Below are positions 25,552-39,224 of a stretch of 64,000 nucleotides of DNA, piece by piece. The stretch is taken from NCBI RefSeq assembly GCF_009914755.1, contig NC_060932.1; one strand, written 5' to 3'. How positions within the stretch are numbered: the first letter of the stretch is position 1; each line of letters begins with the position of its first letter. Below the pieces are notes generated by a model. That model did not search any database and was not told the origin of the DNA. It saw only the letters and a list, made by a program, of their open reading frames with translations. The translations under genes were made by a program, and so were the position numbers. The DNA comes from the human T2T-CHM13v2.0 reference genome, Homo sapiens.

Positions 25552-26482
25552 TGCTACTAAGATCTGTTTCTAATTTCAATCCATATTCTAACACCAAATA
25601 TGTGTTTTTTCCTCACACCAACAACTCATTCTCCAACTCTCTGGACACCACCTGGGTGTCCAACAATTTCCTTCTTCAAAGACTACCCAGAGTTAACACC
25701 AGACCCCACAGGTTAAGGGTTCAGTCCCACAAGACTGCATCAGCTTGACACCAATCACATGTCCAGGCCATCTGAACTTCTTAACGACCAGCAATAAACT
25801 GGAGGTTCCCATGATCCTCTCTTCAGGTTTCGTAATTTGCTGGAACAGCTCACAGAACTCAGGCAAGCACTTTACTCACAATTTCCAGCTTACTACGAAG
25901 GATATTAGGAATCATACAAATGAACAGGCAGACGAAGAGTACATAGGGTGTATAGGGTGATGTATAGGTATATATAGGGTGTATAGGGTGATGTGTAGGT
26001 ATGTATAGTGTATAGGTATGTATAGTGTGATGTCTGGAAGAGTCCTGAACATAAGAGTTTTAGTCCTCTTGGAGATGGGATGCGCCACTCTCCAGGTATT
26101 TGGATATGCTCTCTGAGCCTGATCTTTTATGGTTTTTATGAAGGTTCCAATTGTAGGCGTGATTGATTAAACCATTGGCCATTGGTGATTGATTCAATCT
26201 TCAGTCTTTCTCTCCTCTTTACAGGTCTAGAGGTAGGGCTGAAAGTTCCAACCCTCTAATCACATGGTTGCTTCCTCTGGCAACTGCCCCCATTCTGAAG
26301 ATATCTGGGGGTCCACCAAGAGTCATCGGATTAGCATAAACTCAGGTATGGATGAAAGGGGTTTATTACGAATAGCAAAAGAAGCTCCTTTAGTCCATAT
26401 TATTCAGAATATTTCAAGGGTTTATGCCAGGACCCAGGGTCAAAGACCAAATATATGTTTCTTATTATATCACAATATCACA
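25552..26482 (-). mobile_element. MER21C-type solo LTR
   Basis: tg...ca termini; ends ccaaatatatgtttcttattatatcacaatatcaca (reverse of the MER21 start); gaccccacaggttaagggttcagtcccacaagactg; TSD gttat/attat. Confidence 0.88.
25943..26032. repeat. Low-complexity (gtatagg[gt])n expansion inside MER21C
   Basis: atagggtgtatagggtgatgtataggtatatatagggtgtatagggtgatgtgtaggtatgtatag... Confidence 0.85.
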
Positions 26483-27159
26483 ATTATGTTCTATAAAGTT
26501 GCTATGAACACTGGATTAGCAAACTCTGAAGCACTATATAGAGTCAAGTTCCTGCATCCACCAGCCATATTTTTATCAACTGGTCAATATATAATCTTAT
26601 GTATTGTTTATTTCCGCTCATGTGTGTTTCTGTTCAAAGATAACTTATTTAATATGTGTTCTTGAGTTATTAACATTGAACTCATGGCAAACAGAATTGT
26701 ACCTCATTCATGAACTAATCTTACCCAACATACGTATTTTCTCCATAAAGCACATCACAGCCTACTTGCACTTAGTGCTTCAGCCCTTCCCTTGGGGAAC
26801 ATTCTAAACAGTGAAATCACCAAGAAAAAGCACAAAAATGTGAAAAATGTGGCACTAAGTATAGCATGTAAATGACACTTCTCTACTTCATGAGAGCTGA
26901 AACAAGAAGGCGTATTGTCCCCTTGTTTGACCTCAGCTGTAATGGGTGCATCAGGTGACTCAATTTTTTGGCTGCTCCACACACGTCTTCAAATGTCTAT
27001 GAAAGTGCCAGGAGAATTGATTGGAGGTTACAAATAAATTTTAGTAAGTAAATCAATTTACAAATAGAGAATCCATGAATAACGAGGATCAACTCTCTAT
27101 TATAGCAAATACCTATGTAATTAATATATATAGTGTATTAAAAGTTATAATAATAGCAA

Positions 27160-27400
27160 CAGCCATATTAAAGCACCATAATTGGCTCAACTGCACATCT
27201 ATTGTTGAACATTTAGGTTTATATCATTTGGTATTATAAATAAGGCCTCAACGGATAACTTTGTATATGATTCTATGTCCACATTTCAAATTATTTTCTT
27301 TAATGGAATTTTCTAGCAGTGTCATATCTGAATCAAAGGGTATAAAACTTTTTAAACATTTGCAACATATTGAAGACCTGGCCAAATTTACACTTCTATC
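27160..27400 (-). mobile_element. Old L1 (L1ME-type) fragment
   Basis: ctattgttgaacatttaggtt...tattataaataaggc...tgaatcaaagggtata. Confidence 0.72.
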
Positions 27401-27619
27401 GGTAATGTGTAGATTTTTTTTTCCAGAAGACTGAGCAATTCTTTATGATCCAGTTATTGGTTATCCCTCTAGAATCCATCTCTTTCCCCACCAGCAGCCA
27501 ACAAAGGATACCTCTACCAGCTTCCAGCAGCTGTACCAAACTACTTAAAGGCCTGCCAATACCCGACATATTCTCAGCCTCCATGTCTGTCACCTTTGCC
27601 TCCACTACTTTCCCCTGGG

Positions 27620-27925
27620 CTAGCACCTCCTCATCTTTTTCATTACATTTGGTCCTCTAGCATGCTGTCCCTGATCCTCTCCGAGACTGAATCAGGGACT
27701 CTCATTTTTTGGCTTCATAGATTCTCTTTTTCGCTCCTACTGTAGCATTTAGCTGGGTGCCTTGAACCAGCCTACTTACCTGTCTGTCTCTTCCTCTAAA
27801 TTTTAAGCTATTTGAAGACAAATATTCTGCCTTATTGATCTCATATCTAACTACCTCGCATATTGCACAGCATAATAAAAATCTGTTGCAGGAATAAGCC
27901 AAAGAATAACAAATAAATGAATTGC
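27620..27925 (+). mobile_element. L2 3' fragment
   Basis: tgtctgtctcttcctctaaattttaagctatttgaagac...aataaaaatctgttg...aataaatgaa. Confidence 0.7.
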
Positions 27926-28044
27926 ATAGTTTCTTACCAAATCCAGGTAGTGAAAATGAGTGAACGCTACATGGTCAGTGCTGAGAGTCAAAGATTTGAG
28001 ATTCGATTCTCTCTGCTTGCTTCTCTTCCATTCTCCATGGGATT

Positions 28045-28280
28045 CAATGTAAGGCAGAGGTCAATTTTACAGACTTTGGAGTCAACACCAGGATTAAAAT
28101 CCCAGCCCTGCCAGTTATTGAATGTAATAGCTTTTGAATAAGTCATTTTACTTTTCAAAGCCTCAGCTTCCTCACCTGTAAAGTCAGAGTTGTAGTACCT
28201 ACCTTTAAGTGCTATTGTAAGGATTAAAGGAAAGCACAAATATAAAGTATTTTACATTTATATAAAGTCCTCACCATATC
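28045..28280 (+). mobile_element. MIR
   Basis: agactttggagtca...aatcccagccctgcca...gcctcagcttcctcacctgtaaa...ttgtaaggattaaa. Confidence 0.88.
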
Positions 28281-28479
28281 CTTGCGTTTTTAAAACACTC
28301 TCATTTCATCCTGAACTCTGCTGTCGCATTAAGCTTTCAACAATTATTTCTAGATATTTCATACCTATATCCAAAAATGTCTTTTAATCTTCGACTGTTC
28401 ATTCTGTGACCTTTTCAACATGTCCTCATATCCATCAGGATCTCTAGGACACTTGAACTTATCCTCTCCCCTCTGTCTC

Positions 28480-29015
28480 CCACCAAACTGAGCATGATGC
28501 TCATGCTCACTTCCCTCTGGTCTTCCTCCCTAAAGAGAGCTCATGTGTGATTTGTTCATCTTTATAGTCCCAACTTCTTGCATGATGCATGGCCAACAAT
28601 ATATTCACAATAGATTTCAAATGAGTACTTTCTCCTCTTATTTCTCTTCATAAAAATCCTTTGAGTCCCACGTCCAATGCCACAATAATAACTCTCACTG
28701 CACCTAAACCAAACTACTCAAATCAATATCTCACACTCTACAAAGCTTTTGAACTTTGACACAATCAAATTTGATTTTGATTCCTCCCTTCTTTGAATCC
28801 CATGGCATTTTATTTGTGAACCCTCTTACATATATTTGTCTTTTTCATCTTGCATCATATTTATTTGTGTCCTTGTATCATCGGCCGTTCAGAATGCATG
28901 ATTTGTCCAGCCATTACGTCTCATTTATCTGAGTGGTTTCTGTATCTGCCAAGTGCAATATCTTTTGTATATTCACTAATCAATTGATATTTCTTGGGTT
29001 TAATCTGTTGAAATG
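28480..29015 (+). mobile_element. L2 3' fragments
   Basis: gttcatctttatagtccc...catgatgcatggc and tttatttgtgtccttgtatc...tctcatttatctgagt. Confidence 0.55.
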
Positions 29016-29064
29016 ATGGTAAGACTAAGTTATTTAATACTATGGGCAGTACACTCATGATTTC

Positions 29065-29501
29065 TGTCAGGCCTCTGAGCCCAAGCTAAGCCATCATATC
29101 CCCTGTGACCTGCACGTATTCATCCAGATGGCCTGAAGCAACTGAAGAACCACAAAAGAAGTGAAAGTAGCCAGTTCCTGCCTTAACTGATGACATTCCA
29201 CCATAGTGATTTTTTCCTGCCCCACCCTAACTGATCAATTGACCTTGTGACATTCCTTCTGGACAACGAATCTCAGGAGCTCCCCACCGAGCAACTTGTG
29301 ACCCCTGCCCCTGCCCGCAAGAGAAAACCCCCTTTAACTGTAATTTTCCACTACCTACCCAAATCGTATAAAACTGCCCCACCCCATCTCCCTTTGCTGA
29401 CTCCTTTTTCAGACTCAGTCTACCTGCACCCAGGTGATTAAAAAGCTTTATTGCTCACAAAAAGCCTGTTTGGTGGTCTTTTCACATGTACACGTGTAAC
29501 A
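29065..29501 (+). mobile_element. HERV-H solo LTR, LTR7C-type
   Basis: tgtcaggcctctgagcccaagctaagccatcatatcccctgtgacctgcac...aagcctgtttggtggtc...aca; perfect TSD atttc (29060-64, 29502-06); TATA 29367, ATTAAA 29437; LTR7C-like block attgaccttgtgacattcc. Confidence 0.96.
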
Positions 29502-29809
29502 ATTTCTTTAGTTAGATATTAACTCCATTTTATAAATTAATACACTGAGAAAGAAATCAATTACATAACATGAAATTTTTTGAGCTAAACTAAAAACAAC
29601 TTGTGTCTGCAGTTATGCATTTTTATTCACATATTTCATATTTCTCTCCAACTTCCTGTTATTTTATTATTCAGACACTTGTGACCATCTACCTATGCTC
29701 CTAAAACCCTAGTTTCGAAAATTCTCATTGATTTATTTTCTATGGCCTGAGATAAAGGCATTAAAGTGATGATACATGATCTCAGCCTTTCTGAACTGAC
29801 TAAAAATAA

Positions 29810-30060
29810 TATTAATAATCATAGGAATACATTTCCTTTCCATGCTACTTTATAGTGTACATATATCCTGTAATTTGATCCTCACAACCACACAATGAGG
29901 CATTGAAGGCAGGTGCTATTTTCCCTGTTTTGCAAATGAGGAAGCTAAGACAATTACATGAGAGGTTAATTGATATTCAAGGTCACTCAGTTGGTAAGTG
30001 GCAGAGATATGACTCAAGTCGAAGTTGTCTAACCTGAATTTCTTTCCATTCTATCCAAGT
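29810..30060 (-). mobile_element. MIR
   Basis: tttgatcctcacaaccac...ttttgcaaatgaggaagctaagac...caaggtcactcagttggtaagtggcagag. Confidence 0.88.
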
Positions 30061-30789
30061 GTTTCCTTAGGAATACTCAGCAGCAACAGTGAGAAGAAGA
30101 GAAAGATAAAAAGAAATGGGAAGAAAGACAGGAGAAATATTACAAGAGTGATGGGAATTAATTATGTTAATTTCGGAATATTCTAAGTTGTCTGTATGTT
30201 GGAGGGAAATTTTAGTTTAAGAGACTGTATTCTGCACACATGAATTAATGTTGCAGAAATTTCATTGAAATTTGTAGGGAAGGTATGTGTTCTCAAATCT
30301 GACTGAAAACTAAAATCTGTAAAATCAATATGCAGGATCGACTTGGCTATCTGTTATTGTAAAACTCACACATCAACTCAGGTTTATATCAGCCATTTAA
30401 AAACGTTAAAACCACAGGAAGAAAATAGTAGACCTTGCTTCTTGCTCAAAATTATCTTATAATTCAATCTTCAAGCTTAGTATAGAACGAAACATTTTTC
30501 CAAAAAAAAAGCTGAGTACATAATTTTCTCAAAAATGAAAATAAGAGTTTTTAGTGATAATGTTTTTATAAAATCTATTTGAGCACTGTAGAAAATATAG
30601 GGAAGGTTGACGACTATCACCTCCAACTTCGTTACCTTAGTCACATGAAGGTTTAAACACATAGAAATATTCCTTGCTTTTTTTCCCTTAAAACAAAAAT
30701 TGGATCATCTCATGCAGGCTGTTCTGTGCTGCTTCCCCCTTCCAGACTGCCTCTTAGCATCCTCTCCTGAGTAAAGCTTAACGCCTGGC

Positions 30790-30885
30790 ACCTGCATTCC
30801 TTCAGCTCTTTATATATTGAGTCAAAAACAGTGAAGCCTAGAGAAAACCACATGTGTTGAATCCCTGACATGTGAGTCAAACTCA
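30790..30885. promoter_or_regulatory. Candidate AP-1/RUNX/TEAD enhancer core
   Basis: GCATTCC 30794, TGAGTCA 30818 and 30873, AACCACA 30846 within ~90 bp of unique sequence; motif evidence only. Confidence 0.35.
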
Positions 30886-31214
30886 GAGTGGGATGTTACG
30901 AATATGGCTATTTTTTTCTGGTGAGAAAATTGATGGGGATTAAATTTAAAAGCACCAAGCAAGCTGATAAATATAAACTCTCATGACAGATACTCTGAAA
31001 TGGCAATAAAACATTTCTCAGAGAAACAGAAAGGATATTGCCAGAATATTAGGAAGAAAATAAATTTTAATTCCTGGTTTGTTCATGTCGAAAGACCCTG
31101 GAGTGCCACCTAACGTGGACTCTCATCAAAATTTACAGATCTACAGCTTCTGGTACAATGTATGTATCTATAAATACAAAAGCTTGTCTAATTTGCTTGA
31201 AATTTGGACCATTT

Positions 31215-31542
<328 letters not shown>

Positions 31543-33009
31543 CTATCTATGCCCAAGAAAACTAGTCTTTTCTTAAATGTTTCTTTCAAAACTTTAAATG
31601 TTATAAATTGTTAAAATTATAAAATTGCTAAAATGTTAATGTTAAAAAACTTTCAATGTTATAAACTTTAGATTATAACAATAGTTTTTTAGTGTCATGC
31701 TTAAGAAATCTAAGAAGCAGAGTACGGACTGGGAAAGCATTTTGATACCAGCAGGTTTATCAAAAGGCCTTTTGCCTACTACTTTATATAGTAAGATGCA
31801 AGCAAAGTATATTCAAGGGAAGTCTTTCAAGGTATTTAAATTACTTTGGGAATTTTAATCATAGTCAGTAAGGCTTCCTCAATTTGTCATAAGAACAAGG
31901 GAACATCCTAGTTAGTGAATAGTCTAAATTAAATAGTTTTAAAGAAATACTATCATTGCTGTTAAGCATGAGACATTTTTTAGTATAAGATATTAAAAAG
32001 TATGAATAAAAAATTGCAAAAATACTCCCAGCATTCTCCCAGCAAAGGTATTCCTAAAATAACAAAAACAAACAAACACACGAAACATGCTTACTATCAG
32101 GAATAGAAAACAAATGCCAAATTCATCAGACAGATAATTACTTGGAGAAAATTGGCAATACAACACCAAAAGAGCTTTTTCATTCATTTCTTTTTAAAGT
32201 TTAAATTATGAACTGTGATATTTTATTGAAGTAAGAAATATACATATAGAATGTATAAAAATTGGGAACAATATTTAAATAATAAATTATAATTTGAGTA
32301 ATAACTGAATTATGATGTGTCTAAATTATCTCCAATTTTGAATTACTAAGTGGCTATGACATTTGTCCCAGCTATTGCCAAGCGTTTTAACAGATGGGCC
32401 ATTTTGTCACCCTGAAGAGGAAAGAACAATATCTTCCTTTGCCTTAAGGTCCAATTTTCTTTAAGGCCAAATTCCTGGATTTCTATGAAGTGGCCGGGAT
32501 GGGGAAAAGCCAACTGTAGAAGAAACAGATCCTGAAATTCTTCCCTGAATATACTAGTGTGTAGCTAAGTTGTTGGGCCAGGGTCAAAAACTCTCAGATT
32601 CCTGAACAGGAAATTATTCCTTTCTTCTTTGTCATACATAGTTGCTCTGTACTAGCCAAACAACACACATATGAAGGAAAATAGATTTTTCTTAATATCA
32701 TTGTTAAACTGAGCACCTTGAAAATTCACTGAAACACGAAGTTTGTCTAAAATTCTTAAAACTAGTTTTACAAAATCATTTGGACAGGAGCATCATTTCT
32801 CTGCTTACTCTCTGAACACCTACATCTAAACTAACAAGCACTTATGCATTCTACTCTGTTTGGAAGTTCACGACATGCCCATTTCTCCCACTGGTTAGCT
32901 CTTTGAGGCTAAGGTAGTCTTCAGAGTACTCAGTGCCATTTCTTCTGTAAAGCACAGAACTGAATTGACCTCTTAGCCAAATCCAGCACTTCTAATTAAT
33001 TTTCTCCTC

Positions 33010-34280
33010 CAAAATCTCTTTTCTATGGGTTCCTTTGCTGGTTTTCTTCTGTGGCTCAGATCACTTTTTCTGTCTGTTTTTTCTTGCAGCTCCTCTTCTG
33101 TCTGACCTCAGACCCTGGAGTTTCTCAGAGCTCTGTCCTGTGGCTTCTCTCCTGCACACTCTACACACATTCTCCTTAGACAATCTCCAACATTCACATG
33201 GCTTCAATTACTATCCATAAAAGCAAATCTGAAATTTATATCTCCAGCTCAGACCCTTTTCTGAGTACCAGACCATGTTTTCAAATGCTTACTTGTCATC
33301 AACAATTGAGTGTCTAACAGGCACCTCAACAGCAACATGCTCAAAGTGAGCTCATCTGACTTTCCATGAATTTGTCTTCCTCCAGATTCCTCAAAGAACT
33401 ACCCTATCCACCCAGTCGCCCAAGACAGAAACCTAGGAGTCTATTTCTATCCCAATAGCTGAACTAATATCAAGGTCCTACTGCATCTACATTCTAATTA
33501 CTGTGTCTAGAATCTTTCCAGATTTCTCAATCTTCCCAGACAGGTGCCTAGTCTGAGTCTGCTTGGACTACTGCAGTACTCCAACACAGGCTCTCTGCCT
33601 CTACTCACGCATGCCCTTACATTGTTCTGCATGCTCCATCCTGAGAATGATATTCTTAAAGCTCCTGTTTAACACACTTCTCTGGCTTCTCATTGTACTT
33701 AAGACTAAACCTCAAAATTATGTAATTACCCGGAGATCCTGCAGTGTATCTCTTGACTAGTTTTTGGAAACCTTATTTTATGCTGTTTTTCACTTTGCTC
33801 TTCTTACTCCTCTAATGCTCCCAACATCTCTCAGGATTCAGGCCCTTCAAGCCATTGTTGTTATCTTGTCTGAAATGTGTATCCTTTCCTTCTTTTCCTC
33901 TTCTAGCCTTACATTAACTCTTACTCACCCTTCACTTCTTAACTTACATAACACTTCCTCGTGGAAATCCTTTGATTTTGCTCTCTGAGTTCCCGTAATC
34001 TTGTTGTGAATTCTCATTGCAACTTTTCCTTATCTTTTACAATCTTCATCACAACCCCTTATCTTTTATAACATTAATCTCACAATTATCTTATTGATGT
34101 GATTCTTCCCCATGCTAGACTGTAAGCTCTGTGTAGGCAGAGATCATGTGGTCTTTCACATTGATGTATTCACTGTGTCCAACACAATGACTGATACGTA
34201 GTAGGTACTCAAAAATATTTGCAGGACGAATGAAGAGAAAGATACATGAACAAAAGTTCAATAAATGTTAATTGGATGAA
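33010..34280 (+). mobile_element. L2, long 3' fragment
   Basis: cattcacatggcttcaattactatc, tatctccagctcagacc, tgtctaacaggcacctcaa, ctagactgtaagctc, gtaggtactcaaaaatatttg. Confidence 0.9.
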
Positions 34281-36284
34281 CTGTTATGTTTCCAACTATG
34301 TCTTAAGGAACTCAGCTAAGTGTATAATTACTATAGTTTTGGAAAACCCAAGAAGATAATCAGTTATATTTCACTCCTATTCTTGTTTTCACAAAGGATT
34401 TAATGTGTCTACTTCAATAGTGTTAATTCCAGATTCTGTAACAGAACTCATATGCTTAAGAGAAATTGGAATTTTTAAGATAGTCTAACTTGCTCATTAT
34501 TGGTGGACAAATACTTGCAAAGAAGAGATTTATTTTTGCAGAAATGACTTCATTATCTTCGACTGTTCAGCTGAAAGAAATCATCTGTTCAGATAAAAAG
34601 GCGTATTAGAAACATGCATTTAGTTCTATTGTAAATATGTTAAGAAGAATTGCTCTAAGTAACTCAGGAAAAAAAAATCTGGTTTACTTCCTTGCATTTG
34701 TTGGAACATTATAATGTTACAGCTTCAGGAAGTAGAATTTTTTCTATGGTATATATGCATATATGCATAAACATAATGTTACATTTATCAACCAAAAATT
34801 TAATATGGCAGAGGAAAATTATACTGCATGAGCTCATTTTTTAGTGTATTATCTTCATCTTTATTTTAAATAGTTAAAATTTAGCTGTTTTTTCCCAGAT
34901 AACAAGTGTATATGTAACTCCCAAATAATAGAATACTTATTCTGAAGGCAGATCAGGTTGGCTCATTAATTTTTGCCGTGAGAAGACAAAGGAGATAATG
35001 TAATCGGGTTTTTAGTATATTATATTTTTCAACAATTATGCAGAACTTTCACACTTTCTGATTTTATGGAAACTTTTTATTTAAAAATTGTTAAACCTGG
35101 CTCATTTGAGGTCTAAATATATGTAAGGCAAATAGAACTCAAGCCAAATTTATGTCTTTGGTAGCAAAAGTTCTACATTTGGAAGCATATTCTATAATAG
35201 GTAAATATCAGAATAGAAAGGTTGGGGTTTGGAGAGTTTTACTTAAAACTATCACTTTAAATTTTGTATTTTTCATTTATATTTTCTTTACAGAAAGTTA
35301 GCAGCACATAGAATTTTTGGTTTTGGGCATGGCCTCTGATTATATTTAGGAACAAACTTTTTTTTTTTTTGGCCAAAATGAAGAGTAGATTAGACTTTGG
35401 TGAGATATTAAAAAAGGAGCTATTTGTAAATATCATCCACACCTAAACTTTAAACAAAAAAGCAGTAATCCTACCACACATACTCATTATATTCTGTGTA
35501 TGAGAATTTGAAAGCTTCGGTGCAGGAAACTGATGATTTCCAGGACTGCAAAATGCCAGCCAATGAGTAGTAAGAGCAAGGTAGCAGAATTCAGACTTAA
35601 AGCCATGCAAAGTCTTACAAGGAAATAATATTTAAAATAACTAACTTGAGTGAAATATCAATACTATTGTACAATGAATGACATCCAGTTCTCTTTTTAT
35701 ACAATACATCCAAATATATACCATTATATCTTGAACTCAAATTCCTCTTCCTTCCATCCCAAGGTAATAAAAGGAACATTTCAGTTTACTTATTGGAAAC
35801 TATTTCAACTCCTACTTACCAACAGATTAGAGCAGGCTGAACAGGTATTTTATAGAAGCATTATAATGATAAAGCCAAATATCAATCAGTTTTACTGCCA
35901 AAACTATGTGTCTGAACTTAAGGATTGGATAAAGGTGTGTTAGTCATGTCAGGAGATGGGGCAGCTTCGTGGGTATGACTCAGAAGGTATTACGTGCCTA
36001 CATCACCATGTATGTACAAGTTGTATTTTAGCCACAAAGCTTGCCTTTGATGATCATGTATTTATATAGCACATTTCTTTTCATAGGCTTTTAAGGAGGA
36101 GGTTTGCAAAGCAGAGATCCCATAATTTGCATCTGGTGGAAATAGGCACTAATTCTGTGTCAGGAGACACAGACTCCCTTTCCTACCTTGTCACTGTCCT
36201 ACCAAAAGATCTTGGCTGAGTAACAAAGCAGTGAATTTCATATGTGCTACCCACTTTCATGGTAAACTGGCCCAAATCCCCAAT

Positions 36285-36425
36285 TTTACTTTTGATTTTA
36301 CAGATGAATATATAAGGACCAGAAAGTCTCGGTGATTGGATTCAGATCATTTAATGTGTTTATTAGCAGAAGCAGGACTTGAATGCTGGGCTTCTGACTC
36401 CCCAGATAGGCCTCTGTCACCTTTA
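36285..36425 (-). mobile_element. MIR
   Basis: attttacagatgaa...gcagaagcaggacttgaatgctgggcttctgactcccc. Confidence 0.75.
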
Positions 36426-36964
36426 ACAATTATCTCTGGACTTGTTTTCATGACTAGTAACATTTTTAAAGCTCAGAATCAATACACGCTTGCCAACATT
36501 TTATTTTGCCAGTGGGAGACATTAAGAGTACATCCATCGACTACTCACTATTACTATAATTTCATAGAAGTTAGCATTTTAGCATACAAAAGGAGAAAGA
36601 AATTGCAATACAAATAAAAGGGAGTGTTCTAGATTAAATAGTTTTCACTTTACGGGAATCTCACTGTATTGTCTTTGTTTTGCTCATTTTGTTGTAGGTC
36701 AAGAAACACTTCTTCATAGATAAGTATTTACCCCTTATCATATCCTCATTTAAGAGCTCTCTGTCTCTATTTCACACAAGAAGAGAATTCCCTTCTGAGA
36801 ATAAACTTAAACACTAGCTTAAAAGGATTGTAAAATTGAACTTTCTTTAACTCCTTCTCTTTTTCCTTCTTCAACTCTGATAAGCATATCTTATTGATAT
36901 ATTCTTATTTCAGAATGAGAACACCTTTCCCGGTATAGGCAGTTTTGTGAAAAGGTAGGGTACA

Positions 36965-37280
36965 TGAGGTTAGCCACTGGTACATGTGGTTATTATACAC
37001 TTGAAATGTGTATAATTCACATCCAAATTGAGATGTGCTGTAGGTGTACAATAGGCACTAAATTTTGTACAAAATAGAATGCAAAATATACATACATAAG
37101 TTTTATATTGATTACTTGGTGAAATGAGAATTTGAACAGATTAGATTAAATGAAATATGTTACAATTAATTTTGGCTGTTTATTGATTTTTACTTTTTAA
37201 AATGTGAGTACAAGCAAATTTAAAATGACATAGATGGCTCCTATGTGTGGATCTCCTTACATTTCTGTTGGGCAGTGCTG
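36965..37280. mobile_element. MER33 (hAT-Charlie)
   Basis: agccactggtacatgtggttatta.acacttgaaatgtg...aattgagatgtgctgta...catttctgttgggcagtgctg. Confidence 0.85.
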
Positions 37281-38289
37281 GTCTGCAAAGAATAAGCACT
37301 GTGGATAATGTACTCAGGTTCCCCGCTTTTTCCCCTACCTCTCCCCAATGCAATCCCCAGAGATCACACATACCTGAGTGTCCTTTCTCACAAAATGAGC
37401 ACAACCTAACAACGTTGCACATGTATCATTATCTGATGAGATGATGGTTCAGGAGGCATCGCTGCTAGAACTAATCTTGCTTCTCAGTGATTTTTTTTTT
37501 AGCCAAGTGTCAATTCTGCCACTCCTATAAGATCTGAAGGGATAAAGCAGAGGGAAGCACTAGGTTCTTTGAAATGCCAGGAGCATCTAAATAAATTCAG
37601 GTGCTTATCCATACAGGCTTCCAAAGTAGATTCTGACTACTCTGTAGAATACAAATAGGAAGCGGTACCTTCATCCTGGAAGCCTTTATTACACTGTCCA
37701 CATTAGTAAACAGAGCACACAGGCAGAAACATTCCGAAAAAGCAAATAGAAAAAGAATGTGAATCCAGAAAGCTTTGGGGTGCCTAAGAACATTAATTTT
37801 TTTCTTCCATTTTCCAAAATTAAAGACATTGTCTATTGCAGAAAATGGAGGATTTTTTCCTATTATTTGAGAGTAACCACAGAAACTGTTGTTTTCTCTA
37901 AATCTTCATAAACTCAACCATTCCTCATTTAGTGGATTCTACTGACGTTAATGTATAACAATAGATTACTTTTTTCCTTAATGTATAATTCCATTTGCTG
38001 CTTGGGTCACAGGCTGTAGTTTTATAGGTTGTATGGCTGGTCTGTGGCATCACAATTATTCAGCACAGTATTTGATGATAACTTTACCCTACCTTCCAGG
38101 TATATTGCAGCTGAATACACAGTGAGACTGTCTGAATGCATTGTTTAAAATGACTCCAGTGACTCATTGGTCCATGGACTCTGTCCAGTTAAACTGGTAA
38201 TCTCCAAGTTGGCAAGCCCATGTTTTCGTGTTATTTTTTGGAAGGCGTCATAGAAATGGTCGTTGCCATGCATTTTACATTGCAAAAAA

Positions 38290-38830
38290 GAGTCCAGGCC
38301 ACCATCAGTCCAGGTGGATTACTGTAACACCTGGCTAGTCGGCTTCCCTTCCATCACTTCACAAACTTAATCTATCCTGTATATGGCTGCTAGATGAGCC
38401 CTCTTTAATTTATCATTTTTGTCATATCAAAACCTACAGCATATCCTACAAGGAGTCATTTAGTCTAATCTCTATCTGACATCAGGGACTTTCATAACTA
38501 AACCCTCTACCCATATCCAATCTCATTTCCTGCAACTGGAACCTGTCCTTGCTGTGGCTGCCTTTTATAATTTTGAACATCATACCTTCATGTGTCTGCT
38601 CTCGCACTTCCTACCATAGAAATTGCCATCACCCTTGCTCATTGACTATCTCTGTGCAAAACATCTTTCAAAGTCATTTATTACTAATTTATATAAACCC
38701 TTGAATTCTTCCCTCTTGGCCCTATATCTGCTAGTCTTTCTTCCCCTTTGAGATCGTAATTTGTTGATATTGTACATCAAACTCAGCACAGTTCTAGACT
38801 ATGTGTTAAATCATGTTTAGTGCAGGGATG
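38290..38830 (+). mobile_element. L2 fragment
   Basis: agtccaggccaccatca...ggattactgtaaca...aatctatcctg...ggctgctaga. Confidence 0.7.
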
Positions 38831-39224
38831 TGTGTTCCCATAGACCTGCCTCTAGCAGTTCTAGCTCTAAAACTGATTAAACCTCTCTAAGGCACAGTTT
38901 TGTGTTGACTGCAAAACAGTGATAATAGGGCTTAATTCATGGTTGATGATGAATTAAGATGTCCACAATAGGTTTCCTCTCTTTTCCAAAAGAAATTCTG
39001 ATAGAAGAGGGTGAAAGGAAGTGTATGAAGCCACTGGGTAAGTAGCATGGAGTAAACTGAGCACAATAGAGCAGGCAGATGTGCACAAAAACAAAAATAA
39101 TTGGCGTAAACAGCAAATGGGGATGAAAATTCATTTTGCATGGGGCTGGATTTTATTATATCTATTACATTATATTTCTTTTAGGGTAAGTTAATAACAT
39201 TATTGTATATATCTGAAAATTATA

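Larger units (their letters stand above)
25529..27095 (-). mobile_element. MER82 (TcMar-Tigger), split by MER21C into 25529-25551 and 26483-27095
   Basis: tatgttctataaagttgc, aacagtgaaatcaccaagaaaaagcacaaaaatg, gagagctgaaacaagaaggc, terminal atccatgaataacgaggatcaact; the other end cagttgttatttgtgctagttat lies left of the LTR. Confidence 0.88.
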
